DNA from: Deltaproteobacteria bacterium
GTDB lineage: Bacteria > Myxococcota > Myxococcia > Myxococcales > 40CM-4-68-19
Reading direction: 5' to 3'
Assembly (NCBI GenBank): GCA_005879315.1
Contig: VBLC01000046.1
Coordinates: 132,701-196,700, forward strand
Length of the DNA stretch: 64,000 nt
Made by a program: the position numbers and the translations under genes. The notes under the pieces were generated by a model, which saw only the letters and a list, made by a program, of their open reading frames with translations, searched no databases and was not told the origin of the DNA. This document shows, piece after piece, positions 28,645 to 37,381 of the stretch; position 1 is the stretch's first letter; every line of letters starts with the position of its first letter.

Positions 28645-29736
28645 GTGTATGCTGCGCCCCCGGTGATCGTCCACCCGCCCATCCCCTTGCCCGACCGGTG
28701 GTCGCTCGGCGACCTCGAGCGCTTGCGGCTCATCCTTCGCGGCGGCTCGGTGATCGAATGGCGCCGGCTGCACTTCCGCGACAAGGCGGAAGTGGACCGC
28801 TACCTCCGCCTCTGTCTCTTCGAGCCGGACGATCCCTTCGACCGCGCCCGCCTGCAGCGCATCCTCGACGAGGCAGTCGACTACCTGCGCACCACCTTCC
28901 GCTACGCGGTGGCCGAGGAGGTGGCCAATCCGCAGCAGCTCCAGGATCTGTTCCTGCTGGCCTCCGGCGTGGGCGATCCCAAGCTGCGTCGCATCGCCTG
29001 CCTCGTGCTCAAGGTGATGCACGTCGTCCACCACGTCGAGGCGCGAGGCCTCCTGCATCGGGCGCGCGTCAGCGAGGAAGAGCTCTGCCAGATGGTCACG
29101 CAGCGGGTCGACTCGGCCATCGCGCAGCTCCGCCGCGAGGGCCTGCCCATCATCGCCGCGGCGGGCAGCGTGAAGACCCGACACAGCGTCATCACCAAGC
29201 TTCTCGCCAAGAAGGAGACGCTGGCGGCGCAGATCTACGACCGGGTCCGCTATCTCGTCGTGACCGCCGACCGCGAGCACGTCCTGCCCGTCCTGGTGCG
29301 GCTCTGCGATCTGCTCATCCCGTTCAACTTCGTCGTCCCCGGGCAGTCGCAGAACACGCTCTTCTCCTTTCGCAAGCTGGTGCGCGAGTCGGCCCAGCTG
29401 CGTGCGCTCGCTCCGGAGCTGCAAGTCGGCCTGCATCTCGAGGAGCACGACCGGAAGAACGGTGGCACCAACGAGTTCTCCGGCAACTCCTACCGCGTGC
29501 TCAACTTCGTGGTGGATCTGCCGGTGCGCCTGCCCGACCATGTGGTCGAGGCGGGCGATGGCCGCATCGCCTTCTGCATGGTCGAGCTGCAACTGGTCGA
29601 CCGCGACACCAGCGCCGGGAACGAGAAGGGCGAGAACGCTCACTCGCGCTACAAGAAGCGGCAGCTGCGCACCGTGCTGCGCCGGCTCTCGCGCGGACTC
29701 GTTCTGCCCAAGGGGATGAAGCCCGCACCCAGGTGA
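28645..29736 (+). CDS. TIGR04552-family protein (RelA/SpoT-like nucleotidyltransferase fold)
   Basis: LERLRLILRGGSVIEWRRLHF; SVKTRHSVITKLLAK; IYDRVRY; NEFSGNSYRVLNFVVD; VELQLVD; start may be GTG 28663. Confidence 0.85.
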   Translation: MYAAPPVIVHPPIPLPDRWSLGDLERLRLILRGGSVIEWRRLHFRDKAEVDRYLRLCLFEPDDPFDRARLQRILDEAVDYLRTTFRYAVAEEVANPQQLQDLFLLASGVGDPKLRRIACLVLKVMHVVHHVEARGLLHRARVSEEELCQMVTQRVDSAIAQLRREGLPIIAAAGSVKTRHSVITKLLAKKETLAAQIYDRVRYLVVTADREHVLPVLVRLCDLLIPFNFVVPGQSQNTLFSFRKLVRESAQLRALAPELQVGLHLEEHDRKNGGTNEFSGNSYRVLNFVVDLPVRLPDHVVEAGDGRIAFCMVELQLVDRDTSAGNEKGENAHSRYKKRQLRTVLRRLSRGLVLPKGMKPAPR

Positions 29737-29790
29737 GCGCTTGCAGTTGACGGGCGGGATTCTTCGCGATAGTCGCGCAGGTCCCGCGAG

Positions 29791-29866
29791 GGCACCGTCG
29801 CCAAGTTGGTAAGGCAAGGGACTGCAAATCCCTCATACCCCGGTTCGAATCCGGGCGGTGCCTCCA
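29791..29866 (+). tRNA. tRNA-Cys(GCA)
   Basis: GGCACCG/CGGTGCC acceptor stem, anticodon loop CT-GCA-AA, GGTTCGAATCC, encoded CCA. Confidence 0.97.
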
Positions 29867-32527
29867 CTAAACGGAGATCTCGCGCAGACCCCGGGCGGCG
29901 ATCGGCGTGCGCGGCAAGATGGCGTGGAACACGCTCCCTTGCCTCGGCGTGCTGCGAACTCCCACCGATCCCCCCTGGGCTTCGACGAGGCGCTTGGTGA
30001 ACGCAAGACCGAGCCCGGTGCCGCCGTACTTCTTGTTGAACCCGGCGTCGAGCTGCTGGAATTCGACGAAGAGGCGGCGCAGGTCCTCCGGCTTGATGCC
30101 GACTCCGGAGTCCTGCACCTCCAGCAGGAACGCGTCCACCCCTTCCGGCCGCGCCCGGACCACGACCGATCCGTCCGGCGGTGTGAACTTGAGGGCGTTG
30201 GAGAGGTAGTTGTAGAGCACCTGCTTGAGGCGGGTCGGATCGGCGAGGACGGGCCCGACCGCTTCATCGACCTCCATGCGAACCTGGATGCGGCCGCTCA
30301 CCGCCGCGGGTTCCAGGCTGGAGATCACCTCACCCACGATTTCGGGAATGTCGATCGGCTCGGGGTGGAGAATCAGCTTGCCCGATTCGAGCTTCACCAG
30401 ATCGAGCACGTCGTTGATCAGGCGCAGCAAGTGACGGCCGCCGCTGAGAACGTGACTGAGGAACTCGTCTTGCTTGAGCGAGAGGGGCCCCACCTCGCCG
30501 GACTGAACGAGCTCGGTGAAGCCGAGGATCGCATTGAGCGGGGTCCGCAACTCGTGCGACATGTTGGCGAGGAACTCGCTCTTCATCCGGGACGCCTCGA
30601 GCAAGCGGTGGTTCTCCGCCTCGGCCCGCTGCATCTTCAGCCGCTTGTCTTCCTCGGAGGCCGCCAGCGCCTTGGCCAGCTCGTCCGACCGTTTCTTCTC
30701 GGTGATGTCGCGCCCCGTGCCCCGATAGCCGCGGAAGGTGCCGTCCTCGACCACGATGGGCATTCCGCTGATGCTGAGGTACTGCATCTCTCCGTCCGCG
30801 CCGGTGTGACGGCACTCGAAATCGCGGAACGTCTTGCGGCCGGCCATGGCCGCCTTGAGCTCGTCCCAGGAACCCGACGCCGGCGTAGTGTCGGGCAACT
30901 CCCAGAGGGCCTTGCCGAGCGAGTTCTCGGCCGTGTAACCCGACTTGGCCTGGGCCGCGTCGGACAGGCTGATGAAGTGCAGGCCCGCGTCCTGCTCCCA
31001 GTACCAATCCGAGGACAGCTCGGTCAGGCTGCGGAAGCGCGCTTCGCTCTCGCGCACGGCCTGCTCGGCGCGGGCGCGTTTGGTCACGTCGGTGTAGATG
31101 CTGACGGCGCCAGTGCCTGGAACCCGGTATCCTCTGATCTCGAGAATGGTTCCATCCGGGCGCTCGTGCTCGAAGTGATGCGCCTCGAAGCGGCGCGCTT
31201 GATCGACGAGCACCCGCACTTGCTCCTCGCCATCGCCGGGCCCGTAGTCACCTCTCCGCACGCCGTAGCGAATGAACTCTTCGAATGAGGTACCCGGCTT
31301 GCAGAGAGCTTCGGGGAAATCGAGCAGCTCGCCGAATCGACGATTCGTGGCGATCACTTTCAGATTGTCGTCCGCGATGCTGATTCCCTGGTCCATGTAC
31401 TCGAAGGTCTTCTCCAGCACGTCCTTGCTCTGGCGCAGTCGGATGAGCAACACGCAGCCGGCGATGGCGAGGGCGAGACCGACCGCGAAGCCAGGCAGGA
31501 CGCGCGGGAGCACGCTGAGGACGGTGACTTCGACCTCGCTCTGCGGAACGTGCGCCACGATCGTGCCCCGAAGCATGGGGAAACGGCGCGAGGCGGCCAG
31601 GTTCGCGACGTGGTTGGTCGGCGAGGTGGGGCGCCAGAAGACCTTGCGCTCGTCGCCCTGGATCTCTTGAAACGGGAACGGGATCACGTCGTTGATCAGC
31701 TCCGCGGTCCGTTCCTGGAACCGCCGGCTCGACAGCATGGCGCGCTTCGCCTCATCCGACAGGGGCACGCTCGGATGAAAGAGGAGTTTCGGGTTCTTGC
31801 TATGGGCGACGCGGATTCCGTACTGATCGAAGAGGGCAGAGAAGCTGCCCCGCCCGGCCGTGTCGTTCGCGGCTCGCAGTACCGCCCACAGCGCCTCTGC
31901 GCGGACGGAGAGGAAATAAACGCCGACGACGAGCCCGGCGGCCGATCGCACCGGCGCCGCGAAATTCACGGACGGCGTGTTACCGGTTTCTGCGGAGCTG
32001 ATGAAGACGTCGGAAGTCGCCTCGACGCCGATGAGCGCACTCTGGAACTCCGGCCGCTCGCCGAGGTTCTTTCCGAGGAGGGGCCGCTCCGTGGCCGCGA
32101 TGACTCTTCCGGCGGGGTCGAGCAGGCCCAGGCCGCGGATGGCGGGGCCTTCGCCGCGAAACACGTCGAGGCGGTCCTCGATCGAGGGCAGACTGCTGCG
32201 CCGCATCGCGGGCGAGCGGGCGCAGAAGGCTACGATCGCCTGGTCCCGCGCCGCGCGCGAGGCCGCCGCCTGGTACCCGCCGTACATGGCCTCCAGCGTG
32301 TGGCCCACCTCGTCGACGCGCGCCTGCAGAACGGCGACGTTGGCCGAGCGCACCAGGGATCGTTCGCGCTGCAGGCCGAACCAGGTCACGAGCAGCGGCG
32401 GCAAGACCAGGCCGACGAGCAGGAAGGTCAACAGCTTGCGGTGCAATCGCCAACGGCGGAGATCGACCGGGGAGACGTGCTGCTCCTCTGCTCCCGGCCT
32501 GCTCTCTGGCACAGCGTTCTCGGCCAT
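29867..32527 (-). CDS. Sensor histidine kinase (TM-Cache-TM-PAS-PAS-HisKA-HATPase)
   Basis: FLANMSHELRTPLNAI, NALKFT, DSGVGI, GGTGLGL; PAS motifs SSDWYWEQD. Confidence 0.93.
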   Translation of the reverse strand: MAENAVPESRPGAEEQHVSPVDLRRWRLHRKLLTFLLVGLVLPPLLVTWFGLQRERSLVRSANVAVLQARVDEVGHTLEAMYGGYQAAASRAARDQAIVAFCARSPAMRRSSLPSIEDRLDVFRGEGPAIRGLGLLDPAGRVIAATERPLLGKNLGERPEFQSALIGVEATSDVFISSAETGNTPSVNFAAPVRSAAGLVVGVYFLSVRAEALWAVLRAANDTAGRGSFSALFDQYGIRVAHSKNPKLLFHPSVPLSDEAKRAMLSSRRFQERTAELINDVIPFPFQEIQGDERKVFWRPTSPTNHVANLAASRRFPMLRGTIVAHVPQSEVEVTVLSVLPRVLPGFAVGLALAIAGCVLLIRLRQSKDVLEKTFEYMDQGISIADDNLKVIATNRRFGELLDFPEALCKPGTSFEEFIRYGVRRGDYGPGDGEEQVRVLVDQARRFEAHHFEHERPDGTILEIRGYRVPGTGAVSIYTDVTKRARAEQAVRESEARFRSLTELSSDWYWEQDAGLHFISLSDAAQAKSGYTAENSLGKALWELPDTTPASGSWDELKAAMAGRKTFRDFECRHTGADGEMQYLSISGMPIVVEDGTFRGYRGTGRDITEKKRSDELAKALAASEEDKRLKMQRAEAENHRLLEASRMKSEFLANMSHELRTPLNAILGFTELVQSGEVGPLSLKQDEFLSHVLSGGRHLLRLINDVLDLVKLESGKLILHPEPIDIPEIVGEVISSLEPAAVSGRIQVRMEVDEAVGPVLADPTRLKQVLYNYLSNALKFTPPDGSVVVRARPEGVDAFLLEVQDSGVGIKPEDLRRLFVEFQQLDAGFNKKYGGTGLGLAFTKRLVEAQGGSVGVRSTPRQGSVFHAILPRTPIAARGLREISV

Positions 32528-32549
32528 CGCGATCCTCCATCAGGTACTC

Positions 32550-32566
32550 AGCAAGCAGTGGGCCAA
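32550..32566 (-). promoter_or_regulatory. Sigma-54 -24/-12 promoter of the histidine kinase gene
   Basis: Minus strand TTGGCCCACTGCTTGCT = GG-N10-GC with TTGC; GGAGGA RBS just downstream. Confidence 0.65.
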
Positions 32567-32720
32567 GCAGGCAACCGTACGAGACCGCTCGCCGCAGGAG
32601 GCGGCACGCTCTTGGCGCGCGCGGATAGGGAAAGGGCGCACAGCGCACGACAGGACTCTGGCGTCGGCACCATGGTGTCGGAGCAGGAGATGCGGACCGC
32701 GCCCGGCGCTGAGGCCGGGC

Positions 32721-33371
32721 TCAGTAGGCGGGCGCGCCGGCCGAGAGCGGCTGCATCCAGCGGCTGAACCATTCCGTGGCCAGCCGCGAGACTTCCTCGA
32801 GCGCGCCGGGCTCCTCGAACAGATGCGTCGCGCCGCGCACCAGCACCATCTCCTTCTCGACCCGCAGCTGATCGAAGGCCTGGCGGTTCAGCTCGATCAC
32901 CACTCCGTCGCGGCTCCCGACGATGAGCAGCGTCGGGGCCTGCACGTCGCGCAGCGCTGGCCCGGCCAGGTCTGGCCGCCCGCCGCGCGAGACCACCGCG
33001 GCGATCCCGCGCGGCCGCATCGCCGCCGCGATCAATGCCGCCGCCGCCCCGGTGCTGGCGCCGAAATAGCCGACCGGCAGATCGGCCAGCTCGCCCGGCA
33101 GGGACTCGCGCAATCCCGCCAGCCGCCTCGCAAGCAGCATGACGTCGAAGCGGAGATGCTTCGTGTAGCGCTCCTCGATCTCTTCCTCTTCCGTGAGCAG
33201 GTCGAGCAAGAGCGTCCCGAAGCCCGCTTCGTTCAAGTCAGCGGCCACCGCGCGGTTTCGCGGGCTCAGCCGGCTGCTGCCGCTGCCGTGCGCGAACAAG
33301 ATCAGCCCGCGCGCACCCGAGGGAAGATGCAGATCGCCTTCCAGCTCCACGCCGCCGGCAGCGAAGCGCAT
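32721..33371 (-). CDS. Dienelactone-hydrolase-like alpha/beta hydrolase (PRT-associated)
   Basis: FAHGSGSSRLSPRN, GYFGASTG, SRGGRPDLA, GATHLFEEPG. Confidence 0.9.
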   Translation of the reverse strand: MRFAAGGVELEGDLHLPSGARGLILFAHGSGSSRLSPRNRAVAADLNEAGFGTLLLDLLTEEEEIEERYTKHLRFDVMLLARRLAGLRESLPGELADLPVGYFGASTGAAAALIAAAMRPRGIAAVVSRGGRPDLAGPALRDVQAPTLLIVGSRDGVVIELNRQAFDQLRVEKEMVLVRGATHLFEEPGALEEVSRLATEWFSRWMQPLSAGAPAY

Positions 33372-34033
33372 CAGCGCACCTCCTCCGGCTGCCCGCCGCC
33401 GCTGGCGAGCAGCTGGTGCACTTCCTCGTCCGTGGTCTGCGAGAAGTCGTCGTACCAGAGGCCGACGGCGCGGAAGGGTTCGGGGGTCGCGCCGCAGACG
33501 ATGTCGTCCACCTCGGCGCGGATGCTCTCGCAGGTCGAGGCCGCCGCGATGGGCACTGCCACCACCAGCTCGCGCGGCCGCAATTGCCGAAGCGCCTGCA
33601 CCGCTGCGCGCATCGACGAGCCGGTCGCGAGGCCGTCGTCGACGAGGATGACGACCTTGCCCTCGACCTGCGCCGGGGGGCGTCCGTCGCGGTAGGAGCG
33701 CTCGCGCCGGATCAGCTCGCGCAGCTCGTCGGCCGCGACGCGCGAGAGGGTCCCCTCGTCGATCCCGAGCGCGTCGACCACTTCGTGGTTGAGCACCACG
33801 ATCCCTCCGCTGGCGAGCGCGCCCATCGCCAGCTCCTCCTGGCCGGGCACACCCAGCTTGCGGACGACGAAGACATCGAGCGGCGCACGGAGCCGCTGCG
33901 CGATCTCCCACGCCACCGGCACTCCCCCGCGCGGGAGCGCCAACACGACGACGTCCGTCCGCCCCTGGTACTTGCCCGCCAGCGCCTGGGCGAGGACCCG
34001 CCCTCCGTGCCGCCGATCGCGGTAGAGAGCCAT
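33371..34033 (-). CDS. Phosphoribosyltransferase family protein
   Basis: LALPRGGVPV, VILVDDGLATGS PRPP-binding loop. Confidence 0.92.
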   Translation of the reverse strand: MALYRDRRHGGRVLAQALAGKYQGRTDVVVLALPRGGVPVAWEIAQRLRAPLDVFVVRKLGVPGQEELAMGALASGGIVVLNHEVVDALGIDEGTLSRVAADELRELIRRERSYRDGRPPAQVEGKVVILVDDGLATGSSMRAAVQALRQLRPRELVVAVPIAAASTCESIRAEVDDIVCGATPEPFRAVGLWYDDFSQTTDEEVHQLLASGGGQPEEVR

Positions 34034-34127
34034 CGGGGAAAAGCTAGCGATGGTTTCGTCGGAGGCCCGGCCGCCGCCTCGGCAAACGCTGCGCTGCGCT
34101 CGCCTGCACGCTGTAGAATGCCCCGCC

Positions 34128-35570
34128 ATGGTGGGGACACTCACTCCCGCGATGGGGCTGAAGCGCAAGGCGCTCGCGCTGCCGCCGGGGCCGGCCCTCT
34201 ACCTGGCGCTGCACTGCGATCATCCCGCGGCGCCGCCCTCGCGCCATCTGCTCGTCGATGCCGACGTCGTCTTCATCGGCCGCGGTCCCTCGCGCAGCAA
34301 CGCGCGCCTCGCCGAGGGGGGCCTGCGGCAACTCTCGCTCTACGTCGCCGACGACTGGATGTCGAGCCGCCACGCCACTCTCCGCCGCTCGGGCGAACGC
34401 TGGATCGTCGAGGACACGGGTTCGCGCAACGGGACCCTGCTCAACGGCCAGGCCTGCTCGCGCGCCGTGCTCAAGGATGGCGATCTGCTCGAGCTGGGCC
34501 ACAGCATCCTCCTCTTCCGCGAGTCGGTGCCGCGCACGAGCGACGATGTGCCCGACCTCGACGCCTCCCGCCTTCATCCTCCCGCGCCGGGGCTGGCGAC
34601 GATGGTGCCGGCGCTGTCGGCGGAAGTGGCGCGCCTCGGGACGGTCGCGCGCTCGGTCGTGTCGGTCGTCATCCACGGCGAGACGGGCAGCGGCAAGGAG
34701 CTGGCCGCGCGCGCCATCCATCTGCTCTCGGGGCGGAGCGGCTCCTTCGTGGCCGTCAACTGCGGCGGCATCGCCAAGACGCTGGTCGAGACGGAGCTGT
34801 TCGGCTACCGCAAAGGCGCCTTCTCCGGCGCCGACGAAGACCGCCCCGGGCTGATGCGCAGCGCGGACAAGGGCACGCTCTTTCTCGACGAGATCGCCGA
34901 CCTGCCCGCGGCTGCGCAGGCCGCGCTCCTCCGCGCGCTGCAGGAGCACGAGGTGCTGCCGGTCGGCGCCACGCGGCCCGTCAAGATCGACGTGCGCGTG
35001 CTGGCCGCGACGCACTTCGACCTGCCCAAGCTGGTCGCTGAGGGACAGTTCCGCGCAGATCTCTTCGCCCGCATCTCCGGATTCACCGTCCGGCTGCCGC
35101 CGCTGCGCGAGCGGCGCGAGGACCTCGGCATCCTGGCGGGCGACATCCTCCGCCGGCTGGCGCCTGACCTGCTCGACCGCGTCTCGCTCACCACCGACGC
35201 GGCTCGCGTTCTCTTCCGCCACGGATGGCCGCTCAACATCCGCGAGCTGGAGAAGTGCCTGGCCACCGCGCTCGTCCTGGCCGCGGGAGAGCCGATCGAT
35301 CTTCCCCATCTGCCCGACTGGGCCCGCGGCGGCGCCCCCGGCCACAGGCAGCTCCTCGCGCCCGTTGCAGGGCCCGATCTCACCGGCCGCGAGGTCTCCG
35401 CCGACGACCAGCGGCAGCGCGACGAGCTGGTCGCGCTCCTCAAGGAGCACCGCGGGAACATCTCCTCGATCGCCCGCGCGATGGGCAAGGCGCGCATGCA
35501 GGTGCAGCGCTGGCTGAAGCGCTTCGGGATCGATCCGCAGACTCGCACCCACGGCAGATCAGCTACTTGA
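34128..35570 (+). CDS. FHA-domain sigma-54 enhancer-binding protein
   Basis: FHA (IGR..MSSRHA..DTGSRNGT); GETGSGKE, ELFG..KGAFSGA, LFLDEI, WPLNIREL, HTH. Confidence 0.93.
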   Translation: MVGTLTPAMGLKRKALALPPGPALYLALHCDHPAAPPSRHLLVDADVVFIGRGPSRSNARLAEGGLRQLSLYVADDWMSSRHATLRRSGERWIVEDTGSRNGTLLNGQACSRAVLKDGDLLELGHSILLFRESVPRTSDDVPDLDASRLHPPAPGLATMVPALSAEVARLGTVARSVVSVVIHGETGSGKELAARAIHLLSGRSGSFVAVNCGGIAKTLVETELFGYRKGAFSGADEDRPGLMRSADKGTLFLDEIADLPAAAQAALLRALQEHEVLPVGATRPVKIDVRVLAATHFDLPKLVAEGQFRADLFARISGFTVRLPPLRERREDLGILAGDILRRLAPDLLDRVSLTTDAARVLFRHGWPLNIRELEKCLATALVLAAGEPIDLPHLPDWARGGAPGHRQLLAPVAGPDLTGREVSADDQRQRDELVALLKEHRGNISSIARAMGKARMQVQRWLKRFGIDPQTRTHGRSAT

Positions 35571-35584
35571 CGTATCCGCTCCTC

Positions 35585-35600
35585 TGGCACGGCGGCTGCT
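35585..35600 (+). promoter_or_regulatory. Sigma-54 -24/-12 promoter
   Basis: TGGCACGGCGGCTGCT matches TGGCAC-N5-(T/C)TGC. Confidence 0.75.
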
Positions 35601-35637
35601 CTAGCCTCCTCCGCGAAGTCCTGCTGGAGGGAAGCAA

Positions 35638-35808
35638 ATGCTGAAGCTGATGCGTGAGTGGGGATTCCCGGTCGGTCTCCTCGGGCTCTGGGGCGTCGTC
35701 GCCGCCTACACCTTGCATGCGCTCGTCGGCCTGCAGACCACCCAAGTCCCCGTGATGCTGGCGCCGCCGGTGGTGATCGAAGTTCCCCGCGCGACCCACG
35801 GCTCCTGA
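35638..35808 (+). CDS. Small 56-aa single-TM protein (absent from ORF track)
   Basis: GGAGG RBS; MLKLMREWGFPVGLLGLWGVVAAYTLHALVGLQTTQVPVMLAPPVVIEVPRATHGS; own promoter and terminator. Confidence 0.7.
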   Translation: MLKLMREWGFPVGLLGLWGVVAAYTLHALVGLQTTQVPVMLAPPVVIEVPRATHGS

Positions 35809-35849
35809 TTCGTCGACCTCGCCGCTGCGCAGGTACTGAGCTTGCAGTC

Positions 35850-35897
35850 GCGGGGGCGCGCCGGTAAGGGGGGAACGGCGCGCCCCCGCTTTTATTT
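35850..35897 (+). terminator. Rho-independent terminator
   Basis: Perfect 14-bp stem GCGGGGGCGCGCCG/CGGCGCGCCCCCGC, 12-nt loop, then TTTTATTT. Confidence 0.85.
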
Positions 35898-35921
35898 GGG
35901 GCGCGGTAGGTTGCGCGCGGA

Positions 35922-37043
35922 ATGTTCCGCTCGTGGTACGCGACCTGTCCGCGCGGCGCCGAGCCAGCGCTGGAAAGTGAGCTGCGCGCGCTGGGCGCGA
36001 AGGGCATCCGCTCCAGCGTCGGCGGCGCGCGCTTCACCGGCGAGCGCGAGATCGCGCTGCGGGCGTGCCTCGAGCTGCGGACGGCGCTGCGCGTCCTCGA
36101 GCCGGTCGGCGATTTCCCGGCCCTCGACGCGGATGACCTCTACGCCGGTGCCGCCAGCCTGCCCTGGAAGGAGCTGATCGCCAGAGGGCAGACCTTCGCA
36201 GTCTCGGCGAGCGGCCGCACCGAGCGGCTCGTTCATACCCATTTCGTCGAGCAGCGGATCAAGGACGCGGTCGTGGACCAGCTGCGCGAGTCCGCTGGCT
36301 TCCGTCCGGGCGTCGACCCGCGCGCCCCCGACGTGCTGCTCGTGGCCCATCTCGCGAAGGGACGGTGCAGCGTCTCGCTCGATCTGGCCGGCGAGCTGCT
36401 CTCCAATCGCGGCTACCGGATCCGCACGGTCGAGGCCCCGCTGCGCGAGGCGCTCGCCGCCGCCGTCGTCCTTCTTTCCGGCTGGGAGGGAAAGACGCCC
36501 CTGCACGATCCGGTCTGCGGCTCGGGGACGCTCGCCATCGAGGCTGCTCTCTTTGCCGCCAGACGCGCACCGAACGCCGCGCGCCGGCTCGCCTGCGAGA
36601 AATGGCCGCGCACCAGCGCGGAGGACTCGCGGGTTCTGGGCGATCTACGCGCCGAGCTGCAGCGGCGCGTCGTCGAGCCGCCGCCCATTCTCGCGTCCGA
36701 TCGCGATCCCGAAGCGATCGCAGCGACACAGGCCAACCTGCGCGAAGCCGGCGTCGCGGTGCGCGTCTTCCAGGCCGACGCGCGCGACATTGGCCGGCTC
36801 GACCCACCCGGCCAGCTGCTCCTCAATGTTCCCTATGGCGAGCGCCTCGAGGCGGGCGGCCGCAAGCAGCTCAAGACCTTCTATCATCAGCTCGGCAAGA
36901 GCCTGCGCGCGCTCGCCGGCCACCGCGCCGCGATTCTCAGCGCCGGCGAAGATTTCGAGAGCGCCTTCGGGGCCCGCCCGCGCTCACGCCACACGCTCTG
37001 GAACGGACCGTTGAAGTCCGTCCTCTACCGGTACCAGTTCTAG
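35922..37043 (+). CDS. THUMP-domain RNA m2G methyltransferase (RlmL-like)
   Basis: IKDAVVDQ, RGYR...APLREALAAA, DPVCGSGT, NVPYGERL. Confidence 0.9.
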   Translation: MFRSWYATCPRGAEPALESELRALGAKGIRSSVGGARFTGEREIALRACLELRTALRVLEPVGDFPALDADDLYAGAASLPWKELIARGQTFAVSASGRTERLVHTHFVEQRIKDAVVDQLRESAGFRPGVDPRAPDVLLVAHLAKGRCSVSLDLAGELLSNRGYRIRTVEAPLREALAAAVVLLSGWEGKTPLHDPVCGSGTLAIEAALFAARRAPNAARRLACEKWPRTSAEDSRVLGDLRAELQRRVVEPPPILASDRDPEAIAATQANLREAGVAVRVFQADARDIGRLDPPGQLLLNVPYGERLEAGGRKQLKTFYHQLGKSLRALAGHRAAILSAGEDFESAFGARPRSRHTLWNGPLKSVLYRYQF

Positions 37044-37294
37044 GGCTTCTTCTCGAAGTCCTCGCCGGAGACGTCCTTGGGCAGGTCGCCCGCGCTGTGC
37101 GCGCGGCCGCTCTTTTCGGCCCGATCGAACTCGTCCTTGTAGTTCTCCACCTCGCGCTCCGCCTCGAGGCCGGTCTGCACGGTGTCGGTCCGCTTGGCGA
37201 AGTCGGTCGCGGCCTCGCGATACTTCTTGTCAGCCGACTTGCTCCCCTCGCCTTCGTTCTGCCTGCCGAGGCCCTTGCGCAGCTTGTCGTCCAT
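37040..37294 (-). CDS. Small hydrophilic hypothetical protein (NEGEG motif)
   Basis: GGAGG RBS; MDDKLRKGLGRQNEGEGSKSADKKY. Confidence 0.7.
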   Translation of the reverse strand: MDDKLRKGLGRQNEGEGSKSADKKYREAATDFAKRTDTVQTGLEAEREVENYKDEFDRAEKSGRAHSAGDLPKDVSGEDFEKKP

Positions 37295-37381
37295 GGATGC
37301 GCCTCCACGGTAAAAGATGATGACGCCCCAGGGGATTTCCAACGAGCGCCCGCCCGGACGCCGAGGCAGCGGGCTTGCGAA

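Noticed and set aside
21511-29817. 1559-aa and 998-aa minus-strand ORFs
   Set aside because: Shadows of gltD/E, gltG and TIGR04552; explained by GC3 codon bias
29649-29867. 72-aa ORF MEAPPGFEPG...
   Set aside because: Antisense translation of tRNA-Cys
32601-32616. Plus-strand GG-N10-GC motif (CGGCACGCTCTTGGC)
   Set aside because: Points into the antisense strand of the hydrolase gene with no credible downstream ORF; the minus-strand site at 32550-32566 fits better
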